IMG/VR virus record: IMGVR_UViG_3300005805_000262
Location: 1 to 33,602 of that record
Length of the DNA: 33,602 bases
Direction: 5' to 3' (one strand)
DNA from: a virus
Lineage: Duplodnaviria; Caudoviricetes
Shown: positions 1-8,264 of the stretch, piece after piece
Position numbering within the stretch: the first letter of the stretch is position 1
How the letters are laid out: every line of letters begins with the position of its first letter
Translations under genes and position numbers: made by a program
Notes under the pieces: generated by a model
The model's database searches: none
What the model was told of the DNA's origin: nothing
Seen by the model: the letters and a program-made list of their open reading frames with translations, nothing else

Positions 1-1
1 T

Positions 2-49
2 ACTACAGATCTATTATTTAGACCAGGTACCCCAATTTCAGGCACATAA
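2..49 (+). CDS. 3' end of an upstream gene (partial, ...TTDLLFRPGTPISGT*)
   Basis: Open frame from the window edge to TAA at 47-49, followed by TAATG of the next gene; tight packing typical of a phage operon. Confidence 0.5.
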   Translation, partial: TTDLLFRPGTPISGT

Positions 50-51
50 TA

Positions 52-678
52 ATGCAAATTTATACATGGGATAAACAAGGTTATGAAGCTATGTATTGGA
101 AACAATACTATAAGCAATTAGGTTGTGGTGCCGTCAAGGCCCGAAACTGTGCTTGTGGCGAACGTGACATGAGTTATTCCAGGCAGTTCTTTGAAGATGA
201 TGGTATGTTTGCCTTAAGAGCAAAACAAATCGTCGAAAAATTAAACCTGCAAGAATCTACCGATATCTTTGTTGTTGGATGTGGATTAGGTTTATTAATG
301 GAAGAGTTAAAGAAACTTGGAATGAATTGTTGGGGATGCGATAATTCACAGTATATTCAAGGAGTAAAAAATAAAGAAAAAGCAGTCTTTCCAATCCATA
401 ATATCGATGTAACTGCAGCAGACTTTACTACAAAAGTAGGAAGAGCAACCGGATCTTTATGGTTTGATGTAGTTATTACTGAAGATGTATTATCTTCTCA
501 TGATTCATTTACACAAATATTAAATAACTGTGAATCTATCTTAAATCCAGACATGCCTAAATCTAACATAGTACATGTTATAGATGTAAATGTTAATACA
601 CCTTTTACAGTTAAAAGTATTGATCAATGGAAACAAATTAACCCAAATCACACATGGCTAGACACTAATGGTAACTAA
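52..678 (+). CDS. Class I SAM-dependent methyltransferase-like protein
   Basis: Motif I-like IFVVGCGLGLL, acidic residue after strand 2 (WGCDNS), HNIDVT, and FDVVITEDVL strand 4. Substrate unknown. Confidence 0.75.
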   Translation: MQIYTWDKQGYEAMYWKQYYKQLGCGAVKARNCACGERDMSYSRQFFEDDGMFALRAKQIVEKLNLQESTDIFVVGCGLGLLMEELKKLGMNCWGCDNSQYIQGVKNKEKAVFPIHNIDVTAADFTTKVGRATGSLWFDVVITEDVLSSHDSFTQILNNCESILNPDMPKSNIVHVIDVNVNTPFTVKSIDQWKQINPNHTWLDTNGN

Positions 679-826
679 ACACTCTTTAATTTTATTTTCT
701 TTATTTGCGTCATTTGCAATATATGAATTTATACATGAAACTATTTTAATATGTGGTTCACAAGTTATCACTGGTAAGATGTGGTTTATGTGGATAATTA
801 TGGCCATAATGGCTTTAAGAAGGTAA
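668..826 (+). CDS. Small putative two-helix membrane protein, 52 aa (not in the ORF track)
   Basis: Hand translation MVTKHSLILFSLFASFAIYEFIHETILICGSQVITGKMWFMWIIMAIMALRR*. It fills the gap between flanking genes (11-nt overlap upstream, 3-nt gap downstream) and has two hydrophobic stretches with a basic C-terminus. Confidence 0.6.
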   Translation: MVTKHSLILFSLFASFAIYEFIHETILICGSQVITGKMWFMWIIMAIMALRR

Positions 827-829
827 TAA

Positions 830-3800
830 ATGGCAATTGTTAATTCTACAAGAGCGGTATCGGTAACTACCCAGTTTTTGAACCTACCTGAAACTTCAGG
901 TATTAGTCCAACTGGGTATTGGTTCTATTATACTCCCGTAAATTCAAATAACGATACTCTTGGTGCATCTATTAAACCATATAAATGGAATAACGCTCTT
1001 CCATTAGATGGCGCTGCAGCTAACATGATTATTGAAGGCACGATGCCTTTGATTACACAACCATGGGAAGGTGTTAATGTAAAATATCATGGTTCATGTA
1101 TTGAATGGATTGGTGCTGGTGTTAATGATATTACCTCCACACAAGAAACTGATGCATTTTTCTTTGGTCACCTTGGTTCATTATCACCAGCTACAGATGA
1201 TGATGCATACTACTGGGATAGAGCTTATTCTGGAACAGGTGGCGGCGATTGGTTCTACTACCAATATCACAAGCATATCCCATCATTCTACCCACAATAT
1301 GAAAATGGTAGACAAGTTCAGTCTGCCCGTGGATGGATTAATCCAGAAGATAAAGCATATGGCTACTTAATTAATACGCGCATTACTGTGATGGGAGTCG
1401 ACTATCAGTCAGTACTTGCTCGTATCCATACACCCTCTGTTGGTGGAGCCCATAACTCACATAATGATATTACACTACCGACTGTAAGTACTAAGAACTA
1501 TATGCCATGTGGTATATTGAAAGGCATTGGTAATCGTTTCCATGCATTCTATATTGCTGCAAATGGCGCACAATGGGATATATTTGTTCGCACATATACA
1601 CAAGCTTCATTATCATTCTCACTTGAAGTTAATCTTGGCACATATGACTTAGCTGATGCAACAATTACTCCAACTGCACTTACAGGATCACAACACAATT
1701 ATCCAGTTCGTGCTTCTGCCGGTACTGCATTCAATGAGAGAATTTACATTCCAGTAATATTAAATAACGCAACGACAGGATTTGATCTAGAAATTTGGTC
1801 ATTTAACTCATTAGATACTATTGCTGGTGGTTCTTTACAGCGCTATGTTATTGCATCACAACAAGCAATTAGACCAGACTGTCATTTAAAAGTATTTGGA
1901 ACTAAACTATATGCTACATATACGGATGTGACTGATGGTGGTGTAAGATTAAAATCATTTGATCCAACAACATCAACATGGACAGATGAGGGTCAAGTAG
2001 TAACTAATAGTAATACTAAGTATGTTCGTGTACATGGATTTGAATATAATTCTGCTGATACTAAATTCTACTTACTATTAAGTGGAACTGCATTAGGAAC
2101 TGGCACAACATACGCCGGTCCTGGTTTATATACATTTGAGTTAACTGGTTCATTCCCTGGTTATAAACATCTTGACTATGATTATACAAATAATGCATAT
2201 ATTAATAGAAATGCATTAGCCAATGGTTATCTAGAATATGATCAGATTACTTCTACATTAACCAAATATACAACAGCAGAGCCTGCAGGTATTGCTGAAG
2301 GTAAAAATGTATTTGAATATAATATAGCTAGTCCTAAGTTTATTAATAAACGAGAATCGATTCTTGGTGGAAATGAATTTTACTATCAAGGAATACAGTT
2401 AACTGATGGTCGTAAATTAATGGTTGGGCGGGTGTCTGGAAACAAAGATAACTTTGGTACTGGAACAACTGGAGATTTACTAGTAGGTCTATATTCTAAT
2501 ATTACTGAAGACCCACATTACTTTGCTTGGGGCGGATCTGGTGATGACTATATTACTGGTTGTTGGGAAGACCCAGTAGATCCAAAGGTATGGATTACAG
2601 GTTATACTAAATCAGAATTGGTTGATCGCAAAGATATGCGTGTCCATGGTTTCTGTAGAAATTTTGCAGATGGTGCAAATGAAATGCAGTTTGTTGATAT
2701 AGCAACAGATTCAAATAATAACATATATGCTGTAGGTAATCATAGCACTGGTTATATTATCTTAATGAAGTTTGATCCAAACTATAATTTATTATGGCAG
2801 ACTTCTATTGATGATGGAGATGCAACTGCAATCGAACAAGCATTTGGAATAGATGTTGATGAAAATGATAATGCTTATATATGTGGATCAACTAATTGGA
2901 TAGGTGAGGGATCAAGAGAAGCTTTTGTTGCTAAGTTTAACTCAACTGGTTTGCTCCAATGGACCAAGATATATGGTACAGCATCCGATGAATATGCATC
3001 ATCTATATGCAGAACACAGAATAATGGACTTGAATCATTTGTTGTAGCTGTTGTTAACCCAGTAGCGGATGATACCACATTCCTAGTAATAGACGATAAT
3101 GGAAATGCTTTAGAGCAATTTACGTTTGGTGGTTTAATAGTTAATAAAATTAGAGGTGATGCAAATAATATTAATGAAGGTCAATTCATTTTTGCAGGAG
3201 ATAACGGTGCCGCCACTCCAACAGGTAAATTTGGTATTGGTAAAACATTTAGTCTTGGTGGAATGATTAAGTGGGTAAGAACATACGAAAGTAATTCTAC
3301 ATTTAATGACATTAGAAATATCGGTGCTTCTGACTATGTTCTATCTGGTAGAGTTGGAACTAGTTCATTGCTACTTAAAGTTGCTACTACATTATCAGCT
3401 GGTGTATATACTATAACTAAATCATGGGCAAGATCTATGGCTAACGCAGAATTAAAAGGCGTTACAGTTGATAGCTTAGACAATGTCTATTCAGTTGGGT
3501 ATACCACATCTTCTGGTATTGCCACTATGGGTATGAATGATGGTTTAATGGTCAAATACAATTCAAGTGGAACTATCCAATGGCAGAATGCCTTTGGCCA
3601 TGATATGGATGAGCAATTGCTTGCTGTAACATTAGATGGCACAAATGAAGATAATATTCTATGTGTAGGATGGAGCGAATCACATAGCTTTGGTAGAGAT
3701 GCTATCATGTTTAGGTTCTGGTCTGGTGGATTTGGTACCGGGCTATACCATCTCGAAGGTAATCCTGGTGTACCATATATCTATCAAGCAACTGCTATCT

Positions 3801-5341
3801 CAGAATCTGCAAATACAGCATCACTAGGAGCTCTTACTGCTCCTGAAAATACTACAGGAACTTTAGTAGAAACAGAAGGAACGCCGGCTCCATTTATTGG
3901 AGACACATATACAGTTACCCATCAGGGTACTAATAATTATGTATTTAATGGTGGTGGATTTACAGATGGAACAGACGTTACACTAACTTTAGCTCGTGGT
4001 GGTACATACACATTTAACATTAGTGCAGTTGGACATCCATTTTATATTAAAACTGTACAAGGGTCAGGTACAGGTAATCAGTATAATGACGGAGTAACTA
4101 ATAATGGTACAGATAATGGTACAATTACTTTCACTGTACCAGAAACAGCTCCTAATACTTTATACTATAATTGCCGTTTCCATTCAGGCATGTCTGGTAT
4201 TATTAATATTGTAGAGAATCCAGATAAATCAAATGGTTATACATTAAATGATTATGGGTTCTTAACAAACATATATGATGGATCATTTGGTCCTAACGGT
4301 GTGTTTATGTTCTTTGTTGGTTATGTTGACTTGGATGAAATTCAAAAATACTTGAACACAGAAGAACATAGACGTGAACAAGAAGAGACAGTTGTTTCAT
4401 CAGGAGGAAAATACATTAGTTATACAAAAGATGTATTTAGATTCTGGCAAGCTGGAACTGTCGGCGACGGTTCAGCGGATGATGGTAATATATTTGGTTA
4501 TGATGTGATTAAAGCAAGTTCTGGTGCAATATACTGTATTGGCCAAACATCAGGAGACTTATCTAAAGTTAATACTGGGGCATCAGGTGCATATGACTAT
4601 GTGTTGATTGAATTTGATCCTGTAACAGAAGAGATGGAATTCTATCAAAATGGTACATCAAACGATGAAGAAACCTATGCATTGACTGAGTTAGCAAATG
4701 GTAAGATTGCCTATACCGGTAGAACAACAGGTAACTTAGGTGGAACTCCACAAGGTGGTTATGATATATTTCTTGGAATATTTGATCCAGTGACTGAGAT
4801 TTCAGATTATTATTCTACAGGTTCAGGCTTGGATGATAAAGGTGTAAACATTCATGATGTTGGAAATAACACCTTGGCTATTACATACTCATCATATGGT
4901 GCTGTAGGTTCTACAACTAATATAGGAACTGAAGATATTGGAGTAATATTGTTTAATTATGTTACTGATACATGGGGCACTGCATATCAGACAGGTTCAA
5001 CTACATCTGAAATTTTTGAACAGAACGGTAAACCATCAGTATTACTTAGTGATGGACGTATAGCAATATGTTGTTCCTCAGCTGGTGCATTTGCAGATAA
5101 CGCTTTAAGTTATGGATTCTTGGATATTTGTGTAGGTATTCTTGACTTAAATACTGGAACATGGAAAAAATATCAAGTAGGTTCAGGAGCATCAGACTTT
5201 GCATCATCAATTTTCTCCAGTGGCGATAAAGTGTTAGTTTCAGGATACACAAGAGCAGTATTTGCAGATGGAGAAACAAATGCTGTATTCGTTGAACTAG
5301 ACGTATTAAATACAATAAGTGCTAAAGCCGCTGTGGTTTAA
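830..5341 (+). CDS. Large putative virion/receptor-binding protein with multiple beta-propellers (SBBP-like repeats) and a cupredoxin-like domain
   Basis: Repeated blades of the type D/E-x-h-x-x-h-x-x-D-x-x-x-N-h-Y-h-x-G (DIATDSNNNIYAVG, GIDVDENDNAYICG, GVTVDSLDNVYSVG); GHPF...YYNCRFHSGM copper-ligand motif; lies in the late structural cluster. Confidence 0.7.
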   Translation: MAIVNSTRAVSVTTQFLNLPETSGISPTGYWFYYTPVNSNNDTLGASIKPYKWNNALPLDGAAANMIIEGTMPLITQPWEGVNVKYHGSCIEWIGAGVNDITSTQETDAFFFGHLGSLSPATDDDAYYWDRAYSGTGGGDWFYYQYHKHIPSFYPQYENGRQVQSARGWINPEDKAYGYLINTRITVMGVDYQSVLARIHTPSVGGAHNSHNDITLPTVSTKNYMPCGILKGIGNRFHAFYIAANGAQWDIFVRTYTQASLSFSLEVNLGTYDLADATITPTALTGSQHNYPVRASAGTAFNERIYIPVILNNATTGFDLEIWSFNSLDTIAGGSLQRYVIASQQAIRPDCHLKVFGTKLYATYTDVTDGGVRLKSFDPTTSTWTDEGQVVTNSNTKYVRVHGFEYNSADTKFYLLLSGTALGTGTTYAGPGLYTFELTGSFPGYKHLDYDYTNNAYINRNALANGYLEYDQITSTLTKYTTAEPAGIAEGKNVFEYNIASPKFINKRESILGGNEFYYQGIQLTDGRKLMVGRVSGNKDNFGTGTTGDLLVGLYSNITEDPHYFAWGGSGDDYITGCWEDPVDPKVWITGYTKSELVDRKDMRVHGFCRNFADGANEMQFVDIATDSNNNIYAVGNHSTGYIILMKFDPNYNLLWQTSIDDGDATAIEQAFGIDVDENDNAYICGSTNWIGEGSREAFVAKFNSTGLLQWTKIYGTASDEYASSICRTQNNGLESFVVAVVNPVADDTTFLVIDDNGNALEQFTFGGLIVNKIRGDANNINEGQFIFAGDNGAATPTGKFGIGKTFSLGGMIKWVRTYESNSTFNDIRNIGASDYVLSGRVGTSSLLLKVATTLSAGVYTITKSWARSMANAELKGVTVDSLDNVYSVGYTTSSGIATMGMNDGLMVKYNSSGTIQWQNAFGHDMDEQLLAVTLDGTNEDNILCVGWSESHSFGRDAIMFRFWSGGFGTGLYHLEGNPGVPYIYQATAISESANTASLGALTAPENTTGTLVETEGTPAPFIGDTYTVTHQGTNNYVFNGGGFTDGTDVTLTLARGGTYTFNISAVGHPFYIKTVQGSGTGNQYNDGVTNNGTDNGTITFTVPETAPNTLYYNCRFHSGMSGIINIVENPDKSNGYTLNDYGFLTNIYDGSFGPNGVFMFFVGYVDLDEIQKYLNTEEHRREQEETVVSSGGKYISYTKDVFRFWQAGTVGDGSADDGNIFGYDVIKASSGAIYCIGQTSGDLSKVNTGASGAYDYVLIEFDPVTEEMEFYQNGTSNDEETYALTELANGKIAYTGRTTGNLGGTPQGGYDIFLGIFDPVTEISDYYSTGSGLDDKGVNIHDVGNNTLAITYSSYGAVGSTTNIGTEDIGVILFNYVTDTWGTAYQTGSTTSEIFEQNGKPSVLLSDGRIAICCSSAGAFADNALSYGFLDICVGILDLNTGTWKKYQVGSGASDFASSIFSSGDKVLVSGYTRAVFADGETNAVFVELDVLNTISAKAAVV

Positions 5342-5347
5342 TAAATA
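5340..5347 (+). promoter_or_regulatory. Possible T4-type late promoter variant (AATAAATA)
   Basis: One mismatch to TATAAATA, overlapping the upstream stop codon and just before an AAGGA Shine-Dalgarno and ATG 5363. Confidence 0.55.
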
Positions 5348-5362
5348 CTAAAAGGAACATAT

Positions 5363-5767
5363 ATGGCAGCTTTAAATTTTCCAGCAACACCCACATTAAA
5401 TCAAGTATATACAGCTAACGGCGTATCATACAAATGGGATGGCACGTCCTGGATTAATAACACAAGTGGACCTGCTGGATATACAGGATCTCAAGGACCA
5501 ATTGGAGATATTCCAACTACATTTGAGACTATCTCTAATAATATTAGATCATTTCCATATGTTATTAATAGATCAGTTGAAGGTGTGATTACATCAGTAG
5601 TTTATACTGCTCCGGCTGAAGGAACTATTACTAAGTCATTTACATATTCAGCTGGAGTTCTTAGTACAGTTACTCTATCTGGACCGGCTCTTGACGGCGT
5701 AGTATATACAAAAACATTAACATATGATGCTGGTTTAGTTACTGGAGCATCGTATGCAGTTTCATAA
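5363..5767 (+). CDS. Small fibre-like virion protein with a short collagen-like segment
   Basis: N-terminal NFPATP...YKWDGTSW motif typical of phage fibre proteins; five Gly-X-Y triplets GPA-GYT-GSQ-GPI-GDI; C-terminal beta-hairpin repeats (TKSFTYSAGVLSTV / TKTLTYDAGLVTGA). Confidence 0.6.
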   Translation: MAALNFPATPTLNQVYTANGVSYKWDGTSWINNTSGPAGYTGSQGPIGDIPTTFETISNNIRSFPYVINRSVEGVITSVVYTAPAEGTITKSFTYSAGVLSTVTLSGPALDGVVYTKTLTYDAGLVTGASYAVS

Positions 5768-5775
5768 TATAAATA
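5768..5775 (+). promoter_or_regulatory. T4-type late promoter TATAAATA
   Basis: Exact gp55 consensus, intergenic, 23 nt upstream of ATG 5799. Confidence 0.8.
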
Positions 5776-5798
5776 GTAAATTAAACTTGGATTAAAAC

Positions 5799-8252
5799 AT
5801 GGCAATTATTACAACAGACCTGCAATTAGTTTCTGCAAACTCTACAGCAGACGCATTAACTGGATACACTGCCATCGGTGCTACGGCTAATGTGTCTGAT
5901 TCTGATGCTAAGGTTCATAATACTGCATGTGTACGAAATAATAATTCATCAGCTTCATTATACCCAACGCATTCTGGAACTGCGCTAAACACAATTAATA
6001 CAACCGTTGGGATTAATTTAACTAATAAAGCATTGTATATTTGGCGCAGTAATTCCATTCCTACAAATTTAGCTGTAAAAGGTCAAATAGGCGGATGTGC
6101 ATTATGGTTTTCAAATGGTGCTACATATAATACATCTCCATATAAAGTATTTGATTTAGATGGTTCAGATAGTGATATTTCCGGTGGTTGGAAATCATAC
6201 GCTGTTGATCCAACACGTCCAAGCACTCTTTCAGTCGGCGGTGCATTAACTATTTCAGCTGTAACAAGCATTGGTTTTACTAGGGCAATGTTAACAGCTT
6301 TAACCGGAAACGTTGGTGCTGATTATATAGATGTTACAAGATATGGAACAGGATTAAAGGTAAAAGATAATTCTGCTGTGGTTGGTCAACAAGCAAATTT
6401 TAATGAAATTTATGCATACGATAGTACTATAACAAGGGTATTTGGTGTATTGACTTCAGTCAGCGGAGTTTACTATGGAATGGGTAAATTATTTATCGGT
6501 GGTGATGATGCTGTATATCCAACAACCACTGACAATCAAGCTCAACTAACATATTTTAAAGATACAGAACAAACTCTTGTATGGAAGTCTATGCCATTAA
6601 ATGCAGACTTCTATGAAATTCGAGTTGCAGCAAATGCTTCACAAGACACTGTGTTCCAATTAGGTTCATATAATGCAACTACCGAAGTTGCAACAGAAGG
6701 TGTAACAATTAAGGGTTCTGCGGATACTGGAGCAATGGCCTCTTCACAAGAAACTCCAGTGGTGCTTACAGCACAGTCAATGTTTGTTACTGCTGGTACT
6801 AGACTTGGGGCTGGTCAAGCATTTAAAAACTTAGTTATTGGTGCAAAATTAAAAGAAGTATCATTTTGGATGGCAAAAACTGGTACACCTACATCCACAC
6901 TGACCGCAAAATTATATGCTCATTCTGGAACATTTGGTACATCATCTGTGCCAACCGGAACAGCGCTTGCTACATCTGACCCAATATCTGCATCAGTTGT
7001 TTCTACAACTCAAGGATGGATTAAATTTACATTCTCTGGAGCACAGCAATATACAATGGCTGATAATACTGAGTATGTTATTGCTGTTGAAATTTCAGGA
7101 GCAACATCTAACTCTACAAACTTTGTTTCAGTATATTCAGCTACCAATTCTTTGTATCCAGGAAACTGGGCATCTTGGTCTGGAAGCACATGGACAGCAA
7201 CTGCAACCAATGACTTAGCATTTAAACTATATACAATTAATCCAGCTTCTACATGGAAGTTTACTGCAACAAATACAAACAGTAATAATATTATTAAATT
7301 ATATGGTTCTACATTTGAAAATATAATTTCATCTACTCTAAATGGAAATACACGATCACGCACAGTTGCATTATGCGGATTAACTAATACTAGCGCAACA
7401 GTCACCACATCAAATAACTTTACTACTGGATTTATTGTTCCAGGTATGGCAGTTTCCGGAACAGGTATACCTGCAGGTACTCGAGTAGCTTCAATAGAAA
7501 GTAATACATCCTTAACGTTAACAAATGCTGCTACGGCTACAGATACTGTAACATTGACGTTTACGGATCGTTCTGAGATTATTTCATGTTCTTTCAATGG
7601 TATTGGAGCAATTACACCTAATGGATGTTATATCCATGACACAATCTTTGAGAACGTAGTTACTACTGCACCAACATCTGCTACAAATGCTTTAGTAGTA
7701 TCTTCAACATCTCATATAGCAAATATTTCAAGTTGCCAGTTTATTAATTGTAATAGAGCGATTAGAATTACAGCACCTGGAACATATGTATTTGATAATT
7801 TAATATTCTCAGGTAATACATATGATATTGAGAATACAAGTTCAGGTTTAGTAACAATAACATTATTAAATGGTTCTAATGCAACTACCTTTATTAATAC
7901 AGGTGGTGGCACTACAGTTATTAATACTCCTAGAACACTATCAGTTACAAATATTATTGATGGTTCAGCTGTTAGAATTATTAAACAATCAGACATGAGT
8001 ATTCTTGCAGAAGCTGATATTGTTGGAGTATCTCCAAGTGGTTTAACTGGTATCACTGTAATTTCTGATCCATTAAACGCAGGAAGATATGTTGCTAAAT
8101 ACGAATATAACTATACTGCAAATACACCAGTATTTGTTGTAGTTACAAATAATAACTACCAAGTAATTTACACAACCTCTGAACTAGTAAACGATGATTC
8201 ATCATTACAAATTTCACAGGTTATAGATAGACAATACACTAACCCAGCTTAA
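5799..8252 (+). CDS. Putative virion fibre/spike protein with beta-helix-like repeats and an inserted beta-sandwich domain
   Basis: Thr/Ser/Gly-rich; beta-helix-like rungs (LYGSTFENI, IISCSFNGI, IHDTIFENV, ISSCQFINC, FDNLIFSGN); GQAF...KLYAH...GWIKFTF...YVIAV segment reminiscent of DUF4082-type sandwiches; preceded by a late promoter. Confidence 0.6.
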   Translation: MAIITTDLQLVSANSTADALTGYTAIGATANVSDSDAKVHNTACVRNNNSSASLYPTHSGTALNTINTTVGINLTNKALYIWRSNSIPTNLAVKGQIGGCALWFSNGATYNTSPYKVFDLDGSDSDISGGWKSYAVDPTRPSTLSVGGALTISAVTSIGFTRAMLTALTGNVGADYIDVTRYGTGLKVKDNSAVVGQQANFNEIYAYDSTITRVFGVLTSVSGVYYGMGKLFIGGDDAVYPTTTDNQAQLTYFKDTEQTLVWKSMPLNADFYEIRVAANASQDTVFQLGSYNATTEVATEGVTIKGSADTGAMASSQETPVVLTAQSMFVTAGTRLGAGQAFKNLVIGAKLKEVSFWMAKTGTPTSTLTAKLYAHSGTFGTSSVPTGTALATSDPISASVVSTTQGWIKFTFSGAQQYTMADNTEYVIAVEISGATSNSTNFVSVYSATNSLYPGNWASWSGSTWTATATNDLAFKLYTINPASTWKFTATNTNSNNIIKLYGSTFENIISSTLNGNTRSRTVALCGLTNTSATVTTSNNFTTGFIVPGMAVSGTGIPAGTRVASIESNTSLTLTNAATATDTVTLTFTDRSEIISCSFNGIGAITPNGCYIHDTIFENVVTTAPTSATNALVVSSTSHIANISSCQFINCNRAIRITAPGTYVFDNLIFSGNTYDIENTSSGLVTITLLNGSNATTFINTGGGTTVINTPRTLSVTNIIDGSAVRIIKQSDMSILAEADIVGVSPSGLTGITVISDPLNAGRYVAKYEYNYTANTPVFVVVTNNNYQVIYTTSELVNDDSSLQISQVIDRQYTNPA

Positions 8253-8264
8253 TAGAGACAACTT

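Noticed and set aside
7010-7597. 195-aa minus-strand ORF and the other minus-strand or alternate-frame ORFs in the track
   Set aside because: They are shadows of long + strand genes with biased codon usage and show no recognisable motifs.
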